From positions 40,858,001 through 40,922,000 of the forward strand of contig OZ024742.1 of assembly GCA_964016885.1 (NCBI GenBank): a DNA stretch of 64,000 nt. Direction: 5' to 3'. How positions within the stretch are numbered: position 1 is the first letter of the stretch; the number at the start of each line of letters is the position of its first letter. The DNA is from Eledone cirrhosa (lineage: Eukaryota). The translations under genes were made by a program, and so were the position numbers. A model generated the notes under the pieces. The model searched no databases, was not told where the DNA came from, and saw nothing but the letters and a program-made list of their open reading frames with translations. Shown piece after piece: positions 24,055 through 37,699 of this stretch.

Positions 24055-24980
24055 AATAATTGTTTCTACTTTTGGCACAAGGCCAGCAATTACCCAGTGT
24101 ATTACTGGTACTTTATTTTATCGACCCCGTAAGGATGAAAGGCAAAGTTAACCTTGGCGGAATTTGAACTCTGAATGGCAAGGGCCGTAACTCTATGCGT
24201 CAAAGCATGGCGTCCGACCCTCTACCGATACTGCCAATCCACCGCCAATCCACCAAAAAACAATAATGATAATGATTTCTATTATAGACACAAGGCCATA
24301 TATTTAGAGTGATGTTGATTACATTGAATCTAATTGCCTCTTACTTATTTTATTGGCCTTGAACAAATGAAACGCATCGAAGATCTCGGTGATATTTGAA
24401 GGTAGAGATGTAACTAAATGTTTAGACGATTCCATTTCATTTCTTGATTGAAACCATTTCAACATATTTAAATTTCTTCTTCTTTTTAGTTTTCTTCTTC
24501 TTCTTCTTCTTCTTCTTCTTCTCGGGGCGAACACAAACCTCTCGGAGGCTGAAGTCACCAAAGCACTTAAAGCACTCAAATGTGTCAAATCCTCTGGGGA
24601 GGATGAACATCAGTTCGAGATGCTATGTTAAATAATGGTACCTAATTTAGGCACAAGGCCAGCAATTTGGGGGAGAGGAGAAAGTCGATTACTTAGCTGG
24701 TATTTTGTTTTATAGACTTGGAAGGATTCAAAGTTGATTAAATCGACCCCAGTGCAGGACTGGTACTTTATTTTATCGATCCCATAAGGATGAAAGGCAA
24801 AGTTAACCTCGGCGGGATTTGAACTCAGACCGTAAAGAGTCATAACTCTATGCTACAAAGCATGGTGTCTGACCCTCTACCGATACTGCCAATCCACCGC
24901 CCTCTTCCTCTGATAAATAATTGTTTCTACATTTGGCACAAGGCCAGCAATTACCCATTGCATTACTGGTACTTTATTTC
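24055..24980 (-). mobile_element. Cluster of SINE family A copies (24055-24246, 24630-24900, partial 24916-24980)
   Basis: Reverse complement of the family consensus. Confidence 0.8.
24522..24628 (+). mobile_element. Short RTE LINE fragment (same family as 37700-38300)
   Basis: ANTNLSEAEVTKALKALKCVKSSGEDEHQFEML, homologous to 38058-38150. Confidence 0.6.
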
Positions 24981-25046
24981 AATTGATGTAAGCCACTAAT
25001 TTATATTGGAGAAAAGCGCAAAGACAGTAACGCAGTCTCTTTTCTA

Positions 25047-25355
25047 TGGGGTGACCCAAAACTCACAATACCATATCAAAACATTTTAACACGTTTAAAT
25101 TGAAAAAATAATTGTTTCTACTTTAGGCACAAGGCCAGCAATTACCCAGTGCATTGCTGGTACTTTATTTTATCGACCCCGTAAGGATGAAAGGCAAAGT
25201 CAACCTCGGCGGGATTTGAACTCAGATCGTAAAGGGACGTAACTATGCTGGAAAGCATGGCGTCCGACTCTCTACCGATACTGCCAATCCAAAAATAATA
25301 ATTGTAAAAATGTTATTATATTTTTTAATGGTCTAGTGACTTTTGGGCCACCCTA
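25047..25355. mobile_element. Tc1/mariner-type MITE interrupted by a SINE A copy (25107-25290, minus)
   Basis: TIRs tggggtgacccaaaactcac / gtgacttttgggccacccta with TA on both sides; aataattgt occurs at both ends of the SINE (candidate TSD). Confidence 0.7.
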
Positions 25356-26267
25356 TATATCCCATGTTTTCTAAGCTTTTGTAGTTGTATAGAAATTAGT
25401 GTCTTTGTTAAAGTATTCCGTTTTAGGGAATGTTAAAGTATTCCTTTTAAGGGATGTTAAAGTATTCCTTTTGAATCGATTTATTTAGCTTTAAACATTG
25501 CATAAAACAAGTTGGCGTAGGCCTTTTATTTATCTCAAAGAAATGTATGTTATGGTTAATGTATTGATTTTGACTATCACTGTATTTGTAAATTAATTAA
25601 ACACATTGAGAATTCAGCCAGATCAATTGGTAACGGTTGCTTTCGACAGGACCTACTTGAAGGGACACTTTGGGGTGGGTGAGAGATGTTTACACTTGTG
25701 AAAATAGGTATAGCTTTCATTATGTAAAATCTCCCCATTTTGCCTCATTTCTCCCCGTTTTGTGGCACCTTTTTTTCATGGTACTCCCCGTTTCGATTTT
25801 TAGAGGCTGGCAGGTCTGCCATTGTGACAAAATAATTTGAACATCATTCTGAGAAAATTACAATCAGGAAACAAAACTCATAACACTACCAGGAATAAGT
25901 GGGCGAAGAAGAAGAAGAAGGCATTAGACAGTCGTAAAGGATGTCTGTTTATTTGTACAGTTTCACTGTAAACAGTAAAAGAGGCTGGCATATTTTCAAA
26001 CGTTATGTTCTCATCATCCGCAACCGCTTTCACTACTTTTAACTGACCACTGTGAAATAGTATTTAAAAGCAATACTAAGCTCTATATCAAACCAGGTGC
26101 ACCAATTGGATATTTGATGTCTTCATTGTAGTTAGTTCAATTAAATATATTACTGGCGCTAGTCCAATGTCTTTAATTAGTTCTAATTAGGTTACAAATG
26201 TAATGACGGCTAAAAGCTATTGGTTTATCCTATCGTATTACATCAGTGAAGGCACGTGGCTTAGTAA

Positions 26268-26555
26268 TTAGGGTGTTCGGGTCACGAGTTCGTTTCCCGA
26301 TGGTGCATTGTGACCTTCAGCAAGTCATTTTATTTTACATTGTTCCAGACTGCTCAGCTGAAAAACATAGTTGTACCTGCAATTCAAAAGGACAGCTGTA
26401 TCGTACATACTCTGTCACGTTGAATCTCCCTGTGTACTGCATTACACGTATTTATGAAATACTGAGCCATTTACACATAATTTCATAAGCAGGTTGTTCC
26501 GTTGATCAAACAACTGGAACACACATTGACAAAACCGACGGAAGTCTAACATCAT
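26268..26555 (+). mobile_element. SINE family B, near full length
   Basis: gaaggcacgtggcttag...caggttgttccgttgatc..aactggaac..accgacggaagtc. Confidence 0.8.
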
Positions 26556-26733
26556 CTATAGCATAAAAAACAGTGGTAACGCACTAGTAATTTATTTAAA
26601 AGAAATTTATATATATATATCTGATGAAATAAAACCAAAGAATGAATTATTATTATTTCTTTAGTTTAAAACTGTATATATACCAGTCATGGAACAGGTT
26701 TTAACAATCTACGAATGGAAATCCTATCCATTG

Positions 26734-26929
26734 CAAACCTGTCAACTCTCCCCGTCCGACGGGGAGATCTCTCACCCACTTTGTGATGCGTGAGATATGT
26801 CTTCTCTTGTGAAAATGGGTATAGCTTTCATTATGTAAAGTCTCCCCATTTTGCCTCATTTCTCCCCGTTTTATGGCATCTTTTTTTCATGGTACTCCCC
26901 GTTTGGATTTTTAGAGGCTGGCAGGTCTG
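26734..26929. mobile_element. MITE with 6-bp TSD; related copies at ~25645-25820 and ~29672-29850
   Basis: TIRs caaacctgtcaac / gctggcaggtctg; CCATTG at 26728-26733 and 26930-26935; internal ctccccgt repeats. Confidence 0.75.
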
Positions 26930-27324
26930 CCATTGTGACAAAATAATTTGAACATCATTTTGAGAAAATTACAATCAGGAAACAAATTCATAGATGGGGA
27001 TTCTTTTTGAAATTCATACCTGGAGATTATATATTTTGTCAATTCAAGTTCACATTCCACTGTGGGATTTAAACTCAAAATGTAAAATGATGTTACAAAA
27101 TAGTGAAATGTTTGTGTCTGGGTTTTTAGGGCGGTTTTACCTCACAGATGCTGTAAAATACTCTTTGGATATCAAACCACCTGAAACCATCCCGGGTTCT
27201 TAAATACAAAGCTGTTTATTTTAAATTGTTAATATCTATCTTAAAATCTTCCATCATAATTTTATGTAAGAACATTGATTAAGTTATATTCCAAACGCTA
27301 ACTTATTAAAGAGAACGTTAGTTA

Positions 27325-27563
27325 TCTATATATCTAAAACAGAGAATGTCTGTCTGTCTGTCTGACTCCCTAAAACTCTAGAACCACCCAACCGATTTTT
27401 TTCAAACTTTACACATGTAATACCTAGGGTCGTGTGAGTGTTTTGAGTAAAGATTATTTCAAAATTTCAATGCGCTAGGGACCGCATTAGGCGCCGAACG
27501 TCGCGTCCTTATAATATCTGTCTGTTTGTCTGGCTATCTGCATTACGACATTATGACGCTATT

Positions 27564-27632
<69 letters not shown>

Positions 27633-28308
27633 GTGTGTAACGTTTATCGAAATATTTGCTTCTGCATTCACAGATTGATATTTTTTAGGTTCAGAAGATC
27701 CCGTTAAGGGTGAAAGCAGCGATTCTTTGCTTAAACTTTAATCTGTTATTTTAATATATATATAATTATATATTCGTGTACAGATATTTTTGCATACACA
27801 AAAACAAAATATAAACAGCAGCAAAAACAACAACAAAAAAGAGAGGGGAAGCAATTACATGCTTTTGAAAAATCGTAATGGAAAATTATTTAACTATTCA
27901 CCCAAGGCGACTTCACTTTTCATTAGGACTTCTGCATCAATTCGTGAACATACGACGAAACATTGAAAGGAGTAAGACAACACCACTCTCCACCACTGCA
28001 GTCCCACATGCTTACTGCTCTGTAACTATTGCTTTCATTGTACCATAGCACAACAAATACATGTTCGGTTTGTCGAATGCCTTTTTACTTAACCCTATCG
28101 TCTTGGCTTTCGTGGGTTGAACATTTTACTTTCAGGCACCCAATTAAGTTAAACCCTGGTAATCTACGATGTATTTTTTTTATAAGCACAAAATGTAGAC
28201 CATCCCCAGGCCGAGGTATTCCGTACTTTTCTGTACTGTTTCAGAAAGGAGGGATAAATATGCCAATCTATGTTTAGAATCCCGAGCAACGCCGGGCCAT
28301 TCTGCTAG
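27325..28308 (+). mobile_element. Complete non-autonomous Helitron
   Basis: A|TC start, (TCTG)n near the 5' end, subterminal hairpin cccgagcaacgccggg, CTAG|T end, no TSD. Confidence 0.9.
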
Positions 28309-28756
28309 TATTTACTAAATCTATTCAAATTCATGATTTTCAACATGATTTGAAACATATAAACAATGTCTTTCACTATAAATATGGTGTGGAATGGGTT
28401 AAAAAAAGGTAATATTCTAGCTGTAAGACTCGGTGTTTTAGTTGACATTCGTTATTTTCTTTCAATTGATTAGAAAGGAAGTCGGGGCTACGGGCATTTA
28501 ACTCTTAAGATTCTGCAATAATTTAGCATAAAATGCCTGGAAGTGGGTTTGTTAATTCAAATGTTTATAGTATCTTTACTAGTGGACAGATCGTTGTGAA
28601 AATTTGCAGTATTAGAGTAAAGATTTTCATTATGAATGTGGTGCAGTTTTAGGGCTGTTTTGTACTTTTCAAAAAATCTTGCTAATGAGGTTTTATCTTA
28701 TTTGTTAATTCAAATGTTTATAGTATATTAACTGGTTTACAAATCATTGTGAAAAT

Positions 28757-28955
28757 GACACAAGGCCAGCAAATTTGGAGAAAGGACAAAGTTGATTAAA
28801 TCAACTCCAGTACTTAACTGATATTTATTTTATAGACTCTGAAATGGTGAAAGGCAAAGTTAATCTCGGCGGAATTTGAACTCGGAATGTAAAAAGCCAG
28901 AACAAAAACCGCAAAGCATTCTCTCCGACGTTCTAATAAGTCTACCAATTCACCA
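28757..28955 (-). mobile_element. SINE family A-related, diverged
   Basis: cacaaggccagc..gaaaggcaaagttaatctcggcggaatttgaactc. Confidence 0.7.
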
Positions 28956-29169
28956 CCCACAGTAAAGGCATTAGTTAATGTAATGTAGTCAAAGTGCTGT
29001 TTTATACTGTTCAAGAATGTCTTGCTTATGTGGTTCCGTGTGGTACAGGACATTAAGAGTTAAACGGACTGTAATCAATATCCAATAGAGTATCAAATAT
29101 AAAGAAACCTATTAATTCTTCACTATGGAGATATGTGCTGATAATTGCCACTTAAATGGCAAGTTCTAC

Positions 29170-29495
29170 ACGAACACATAGATACATATCTACATTAATA
29201 GATGCATATAAATAATAGATGCACCAACAGACACACATATGCATATATCTACATTCATAGATGCATATAAACAATAGATGCCGACATATATGTACATATC
29301 TACATTGATAGATGCATATAAACATCAATACATGCACCGACACACATACATATGCAGATATAAACATCCATAGATGAATGCAGACTTCTATACGTGCACC
29401 GACACACTACATATGCACATATAAACATTCATAGATGCATATAAACTTTAATACATGCACCGATACATGTTCATATGCACATGTAAACATGGCCA
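29170..29495. repeat. Degenerate ~55-bp minisatellite (~6 units)
   Basis: Recurring tagatgcatataaac..atgcaccgac..catatgcacat. Confidence 0.7.
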
Positions 29496-29499
29496 TGCA

Positions 29500-30118
29500 T
29501 ACGCGTGTAGCTTAGTGTTTAATGTGTTCGCTTCATGATTGTAAGGTTTTGAGTTCGATTCACAGCGATGTGTTGTGTTCCTGAGCAAGAGACTTCACGT
29601 TGCTCCAGTTCAGTCAGTTGGGAAAAAAGCGGTTGTACCAGTAATTCAAAGGATTGACCTTGTCACACACTGCAGATATTTCAACTTTCCCCGTCTGACT
29701 TTGGGGTGAGTGAAAGATGTCTTCTCTTGTGAAAATAAGTATAGCTTTCATTGTGTAAAATCTCCCCATTTTACCTCACTCGTCCTTGTCTTGGAGCACT
29801 TTTTTTCATGATATTCCCCGTTTGGGTTTTTAGAAGTTAGCAAGTCCGGTGTTCGCCTCATAATTATAAAGTGTTTAGTTCGATTCGCAGTGGCGCGTTG
29901 TGTCCTTGGGCAAGAGCCTTCACGTTGCTCCAGTTCACTTAGTTGGGAAAAAAGGAGTTGTACCAGTAATTCAAAGGGTTGACCTTGTCACACACCGTGT
30001 CACGTTGAATCTCTGAGATGCTCAGCCACTTTCACGTGAATTTCAAGAGCAGGCTGTTCAGTTGTTTGAAAAAGTGGAACCCGCTTCATCGAATATGACG
30101 GAAGTCCAACAACAACAG
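29500..30118 (+). mobile_element. Two SINE family B copies separated by a MITE
   Basis: 29500-29670 and 29850-30118 share ttgagttcgattc..gagcaagag..cttcacgttgctccagttca. Confidence 0.7.
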
Positions 30119-30382
30119 CATACGCTTAATATTTAATTTGGTTAATATTTGAAGAATAACTTCATTGTAACGCACAGCAATCAATTCATTTATACTAAGT
30201 TATAGGGTATGCGTGTTTATTTGTTTTTTCTTAATATATTTTGCTGTTTGCAGCTATTTTGTTGTTGTTGTTTATGAGGATGTTGATGTATATAGTATAT
30301 TAGATTAAACTTGGGTAGCCGTCAGCTGCATCTACTCACTGCACTGAACTATACATACATGTATACATACACCCAACCCTGC

Positions 30383-30464
<82 letters not shown>

Positions 30465-30545
30465 TTGTATATATATATATAGGGGGGTATGTGTCTGTGA
30501 GTATGTGTGCGAATGTATGTATGCATATATGCATATATATATATG

Positions 30546-30642
<97 letters not shown>

Positions 30643-30822
30643 ATATATATGTGTGTGTGTGTGTGTATGTATATATATGTGTGTGTGTGTGTGTATGTAT
30701 ATATATGTGTGTGTGTGTGTGTATGTATATATATATGTGTGTGTTTCTGTGTGTGTATGTATATATAGATATATATACACGAATAAATGAATTTGTATGC
30801 AGAGATAGATACGCGTATGAGA

Positions 30823-30907
<85 letters not shown>

Positions 30908-30910
<3 letters not shown>

Positions 30911-31190
30911 TGTGGATTAGTCGTTAATGTATTCGCTTCCCGGTTGTAACGTCATGAGTTCGATTCCGGGGAGAAGATACTTTATTTCACGTTGCCCAAA
31001 TCTACAAGGCACCAGCCTTGTCAGATACTATGCCTCGCTGAATCTTCGTGTGAACTATGTTAAGGGTCCACATGATTGTGGAATGCTTAGTCACTTGCAC
31101 GTTAATTTCACGAACAGGCTGTTCCTTTAGTCGAATAACTGTAGCACTCGTCGTTGGAACCGGCGAAGGTCCAACAACAACAACAACAAC
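30908..31190 (+). mobile_element. SINE family B with (CAA)n tail
   Basis: B-box gagttcgattcc and the family 3' body. Confidence 0.75.
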
Positions 31191-31468
31191 ATTGTGTGTT
31201 TGTTTCCGTATTCTTTACATGTGAGGCAAAGCTTTGGAGGGGTGCGAATATTGATGACTACGATTTATATCAATAAATATTCTCAAAGAATTGGTTCTTC
31301 AATAAGCCTTGGGAATGGTTGAAAATATACTATGAGAGGTGCTTAGTGTTTCCAACAAAGATATTATCTAAGATATGAAGATAGACAGACGAGAATACTT
31401 TTATAGTAAGAGAACACGCGATTTACTGTCGTAGAAAAGAATGTATCTTAAACGGCCTATAAAAGCCC

Positions 31469-31547
<79 letters not shown>

Positions 31548-32979
31548 TCGAAATATATCAAATATGTTTATAATTTTATATTTCTCAATAAGCAAGCTCA
31601 ATAGACTTTATCTAGAGCCGTAATAACCAAATGAAGAGATATATGTATATATACATATATATAGAGAGAAAGACTCATGTATTGCACGAGAAACACGGTA
31701 TATTGTATATATACCAAATACATATTCTATAGAAGAATATGTACACAGATGGAAGCATAAGTGAAACGTTATAGCGCTATTTTATACCTGGAGAGTATGG
31801 TTAAAAATCGATCTTTGTAATCCATCATCGAAAGGGAAAAAATCAATCAATATATTCGATCATCGAAGACAAACTATCGATTATGATTAAACCACATGAG
31901 ACTCAGGTACTCATCAGAGGTTTAACTCACCATTCTAATGGAAATATAGAATGAAGATGGTAAATAAATCAATATACCTGGGAATATCCACAGCTAAGTT
32001 CAACGTGTCCACCATGTTAAGAAGCACATGGTGAAATACGCTAGACCGGAGGCAAATAAATATCCACAAGGTGGACGATAACTCTAGAAATAGGAGTGGT
32101 AATTATAGCCACCGAGCTCAACAAGTTAAGGGGTTTGGAGCCGTTAAATACAAATAATCGTTTCTACTTTTGGCACGAGGCCAGCAATTATCCCAGTACA
32201 TTACTGGTACTTTATTTTATCGACCCCGTAAGGATGAAAGAGAAAGTTAACCTCGGCGGGATTTGATACAAATAATGAATCAAAACATATCAAATATGTT
32301 TAGAATTATGGCCTTCTTAACGTTAAGAAGGCCATAATCAAAAGTGTAGAACAGAGAATCTCTAGACTCTCAGCTAACAGGGAAATGGCAAGACTAGGTA
32401 CTATAATAATGCATTAGCTAGAGCAGGTTACCACGATAAAATTCAGTGCATGCATATAGATAGAAATAATTACACACCTTTTCATAGACACTAACAAATC
32501 ATAGACATAAACAATAACATACACACAATAAATGGTAATGGAAATAATAGGAGTACTCGACCCAAAACTATAGAGACAGGACAAATCCGGTTCATAAACC
32601 GTTGATAAACCCTAAGCGGTATGGAATCTGTACTTTTTATGGCGAAACATTCTCTTATTAGAGTTTGCCTAGGTGTTTATAGATATAAAAGGTTGGTTTG
32701 TGCATTTTGATTTATTCTTTTAATTAATATGTATTTTCCATTCCTTTCGTAGACTTTATGTTTTTCAGTCTAGTGTTTCTCTATCCCCTGTAATTGAAAA
32801 CATACCTCTTTGTGTTTTCTTCTCTATATACTGTACTATAAAGAGACCGGTATCTATTCCTTGAGCTCATTAAATTACAAGGGATTAACGCGAGTTATAT
32901 ATATATGTGTGTATATATATAACAACAGAAGGCCGTACTGGAAGATGTGTTGTAAGTTTTAATTCCGTGAAATCATTAT

Positions 32980-33202
32980 GGTGGTTCTGATAGGCAAATC
33001 CTGATGCAAGCAATTACTAAAGCACTCGACATTAAGGATGTCAGCTATCGTAGATGTGGTATCCAGTGGTTGGCGGAGGAAACAGGCTGGTTCCGGTAGA
33101 CAAATCATGATGCAACCACTGGATACCACATCACAGCTGACGTCCATAATGTCGAGTGCTTTAGTAATTTGTTGCATCATATTTTGACTACCTGAACCAC
33201 CA
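32980..33202. repeat. Fold-back element (~90-bp imperfect arms, ~40-bp spacer)
   Basis: aattactaaagcactcgacatta..gatgtggtatccagtggttg / caaccactggataccacatc..taatgtcgagtgctttagtaatt. Confidence 0.8.
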
Positions 33203-33235
33203 GTTCTAGAATTAGCTGATCAAAATAACTTAAAT

Positions 33236-33273
<38 letters not shown>

Positions 33274-33279
<6 letters not shown>

Positions 33280-34345
33280 CATACATACATACATACATAC
33301 ATACATACATACATACATACATACATACATACATACATACATACATACATACATGGTGGCTGCCAACTCGTTTTCGAGTACGGCCACTACTTTATATCCA
33401 TGTAGGAGAACCCCTACCAATGCGCTGAACGAGTGTGACTTTTTAGTCCAGCCAGCGACTTGAAAACTCTGGTACAAACACTACACTTGTGACAATTATT
33501 GACACATAGTGCTGGGCCCATGGTACCATGTGACGACAAGTGCAGAGAGATCTCCAGATATAAAGCAATGCCTGTGCTGTGAAGCTTTTATAGTGAGCAA
33601 AGGCACTGCACAAAGCCAGTCCCACTCTCTTAACCAAGATGATATTTACCAAAAAGAAGAACAATTCAACATCATTGGATACCATCAGGGTTGCAGGTGT
33701 TATATCAGAGTTTTCCTTCTCCTAGAATTCTGCCTTGACAAAGGCTAAGGGGTCATCTCTCCCGGTGATTTTGGATGGCTATTGACTCTTAAGAGCCCCT
33801 TTGCTCTTTGACAGGTTTTGTTTTTAGTCCTGCAGGATGTCCAAAGCCACCCTCCTCACCAAGAAACCTTGGTGGGGTTGCCAGTTTAGTCGCCAACGAC
33901 CCGACCATGAGACAGGTTGTACTGGGATACATGTTACCAATAGCACCAACTGGTGACCTGACACATACATACATACATACATACATACATACATGATGGC
34001 TGCCCCCTCGTTATCGAGTATGGCCATTGCACGATATACCATTATTAATAATTATTAACTAATTCTATCGTGCAATGCCTGTGCGTGAAGATATTTTGTA
34101 AAGTGAGGAAAGGCTGTGCACTGAGCCAATCCCACTCTCTGAGCGACAGTAGTTATAACCCGAAAAGAAGAAAAGATCAACATCATCGGTAACTACTGAG
34201 CCGCAGGTTTTATATCGGAGTTATCCCAGTTTCCTGAGTTGCTTTCTCCTAGAAGAATGCCCTGACAAGGGCTAAGGGTCCTTCACTCCCAGTGATTTAA
34301 CCAGGCGATCGGGTGTCCAGCCCGACTATTTCTATGTCCCCGCGC
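33274..34345 (-). mobile_element. Two tandem non-autonomous RTE-5'UTR-like elements with (ATGT)n tails (33274-33960, 33962-34345)
   Basis: The copies are similar to each other. The minus strand has ctaggagaaggaaaactctgat, which resembles RTE 5' UTRs as I recall them; both end ..gcagcca.c(ATGT)n. Confidence 0.5.
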
Positions 34346-34452
34346 ATATACATACACATGCACTCATACACATATACACACATATATACATGTGTATACA
34401 TACATACATACATACATACATACATACATACATACATACATACATACATACA

Positions 34453-34484
<32 letters not shown>

Positions 34485-34739
34485 CACACACATATATAGA
34501 TTTTCTCATATGCATTCATTTATAAGCTTTCGAATAGAACTGACACAACTTTGGTCGTTTTCTCACTCAATAACTTAAGTCTGTATTACTAAGACACAAA
34601 CTCAAAAAAATTAGAGTACACACTTATACGTTAGTTAGTGAGAAAAATGATTTCGTGTGACTATGAAATATATATTATAGTCATTTGCATTGAGAAAACA
34701 CATTTCAAATTTTCCTAATGCCTCTTAGGTCAGCCGGTT

Positions 34740-34779
<40 letters not shown>

Positions 34780-34851
34780 CTATCCAAGGAAAACTTCAAA
34801 ACCGTTAAGGTATGTTCCTTGGCTATGTCAAAATTTATAAAACACACTTTG

Positions 34852-34913
34852 TATTTTATCTGATGAAAGCGTACCAAAGTTTTTGATACCCTTGAAATAT
34901 ATATAATAGAATA
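34852..34913 (+). ncRNA. Type-I hammerhead in a ~280-bp solo PLE terminus (34777-35058) inside (TA)n
   Basis: TATTTTAT-CTGATGA-aagcgtaccaaa-gtt-tttgataccctt-GAAA-tatata-TA-ATAGAATA: 8-bp stem I, stem II with 2 mismatches, overlapping AATAAA. Confidence 0.75.
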
Positions 34914-35054
34914 AATATGGTTTTATAAATATAGTTTCCATTTGTTTAATATCATTGAATATTATACTCCAGAAAACTTGTCGAGTGCTCTGAATCAGTT
35001 ATAAACATTTATATTTGTTGAATTACCAACAAATTGAATATCCCGTCTGCTCTG

Positions 35055-35227
<173 letters not shown>

Positions 35228-35233
35228 ATATAT

Positions 35234-35298
<65 letters not shown>

Positions 35299-35299
35299 C

Positions 35300-35332
<33 letters not shown>

Positions 35333-35356
35333 CCTGTATATATATATATACGTGTG

Positions 35357-35393
<37 letters not shown>

Positions 35394-35826
35394 GTGTGTA
35401 TATGTGTGCATGTTTATGTATGCGTTTAGGTGCATCTATCAAGGCATATCGTTCTAAATAACAAAACAATTGGAGTGGCGAGGAAGATGAATCCAAGGGA
35501 GGTTATAGGTATTTGAATATATCAAAATATCTATTTGTAGCTACAGCAATAGTCCTAGGTTTCTCATAGTTAAAACCCTGACAACCAAAATCAAATTTAT
35601 TGTTCCCTGTCTTACATTATTACTGACCTGTGAGTGGCTGAAAGCCGTTTATCAGTATTCTTATGTGTAAGTACGTGTATATATATATGTTTGTGTGTGT
35701 GTGTGTGTGTATATAGATAAATATATATATACATATACATATATATATATATAAACGTACATATACACATATATATATATGTACACATATATATATATAT
35801 ACAGATATATATATATATATATATAT

Positions 35827-35871
<45 letters not shown>

Positions 35872-36019
35872 CAACGAGAGAGAAAGTGGGGAGAGAGGGG
35901 AAGAGAGAAATGGGTCTTTGAATAATAATTGTAGCTCTGGCTAAGGCAATTTGTCGGCTGTTATATAAACCTGTTTTATAAAACCAAATATATCATAAAT
36001 ATTTATGCATAAACGCTGA

Positions 36020-36020
36020 A

Positions 36021-36052
<32 letters not shown>

Positions 36053-36187
36053 ACTACTACTACCACTACTACTACTACTGATGCAGCTGCAACTGTTGCT
36101 GTTACTGCTGCTGCCGCTGCTACTACTACTACTACTACTACTGCTATTGCTGCTGCTGCTGTTGCTACTACTACTACTACTACTACA
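36020..36187. repeat. (CTA/CTG)n compound microsatellite
   Basis: Direct reading. Confidence 0.9.
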
Positions 36188-36499
36188 ATTTACACCATTG
36201 CTATCATCACTGTATATATACAGTTAGAGAGATAGAAACTAATTACTGGTATTGTGAGCAAATACAATTTGACATGTTTTTGTTTCACAAGCACTTTTCT
36301 TCCTTTGATTTTGTTATTGGACAAGGTAGGATATTCTTTATATTTTCCATAATTGGTACTTTGACTTCACAATTTTACGACCCATTCTATAATCTGAATA
36401 GGATTTTTTAAACATCGAATGGCTATCAGTATCCACCAAAGTAAAATAGGAATCAAAGGTGTCCATAGGTAAAAAAGAAACGCTAAGAAACTCTGTTCT

Positions 36500-36666
36500 C
36501 AGAGGTTCCCAAAGTGGGTTTCGCAAAGGAGTTTCTGGGGTTCCATGAAAAAAGGTAGAGGAGTATATTTATAGTACGACCATCTAACAGTATTAGACTT
36601 TGGGGTTCCCCCAAATGTTTCTGAACTAGAAAGGGTTCCGCGTTTGAAAAAGTTTGGTAAACCCTG
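36500..36666. mobile_element. hAT-like MITE, degenerate
   Basis: TIR-like cagaggttcccaaa / tttggtaaaccctg; TSD not preserved. Confidence 0.45.
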
Positions 36667-37699
36667 TTCTAGAGGAAGACTGTTAGAAAGAAAGAGAGAG
36701 GGGGGAATCAGCCCTAGTACTTCACTAGCAATTTATTCATCGACCTCGAAAGGATAAAAGGCAAAGTTGGTCTTGGTGGGATTGGAACTCAGAGATCAGA
36801 GACCCATAACGAATTCTACAAAGCATTCTATCCGACCTTCTAACGAATCTGTCACTTTGCCGCCTAATTCACAAATAGCAATGTAATGTCAAAATATCAT
36901 GAAAGATAAAAACTAAATCATAATTGACTACCGAATGATTAATAGAGTCGACTCCTTTCCATTTATTTCAATTGTTTGTTTATGTGTTTGTTTTTTGTTG
37001 CTTTGTTTTGTTTATTTCTACTCAAGATTTCCATTAATCGCAAGTTTAAAATTGTATTTCATGTTCTATTTTATAATTTTTATTTTGAATATATTTCATA
37101 TTAATCAGTTTTCTGGTGACAAGTTTAAGTTAAACTATCACCTTTGTTTATTATTTAATTTTATATCTCAATATTTGTGAACAACTTTTTAGTTTTTTTT
37201 TATTATTTCGTCTGTTGCTTTATGGTTTGATTTTATCTTGTTTTCAATTTTGATATGCAATCACAAATGACTAAATTAAAATACAATCAAAGTTAAGTTA
37301 GTACTAACAAATTTAATATAGTGAACATCAAAATATTATTTATAAATAATTATGCGGTTAGAAAAGTTCAATGACTGGTGCTATATTAATCCTTCCTACA
37401 AATACGGCAGACAATTCCAGGCCTATTTTGGCATGGTTAAAAGTAACACTATCCAAGTCCAGGTCATGCAGGGTTTAAAATACTATTAAGTATTAGCAGA
37501 ATATTTTAAATAGTCCTGTCTTGATCCTATGCGGATACTATTATATCCAAATTCAGATAACTCCCTGAACAAACTAAGGACGTTGAAACGGAGTGGAGCA
37601 GCTCAGCAGCTTCTGCTTCAGCTGTTAAAGGCTGCAGACGAAAGCAGCTCGGTGTGGCGCTGGGTAGCAGGAGGACACCCTGGTTTAATCAGGGGGGTA

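Noticed and set aside
26615-26682. CTGATGA plus hairpin
   Set aside because: GAAA is replaced by AAAA and stem III is too short; could be chance in AT-rich DNA.
31890-31925. CTGATGAgtacc on the minus strand
   Set aside because: The second half of the ribozyme is absent.
32596-32676. TTGATAA..ggcGAAAc..gCC hammerhead-like relic
   Set aside because: Mismatches in all three stems and no NUH triplet; too decayed to call.
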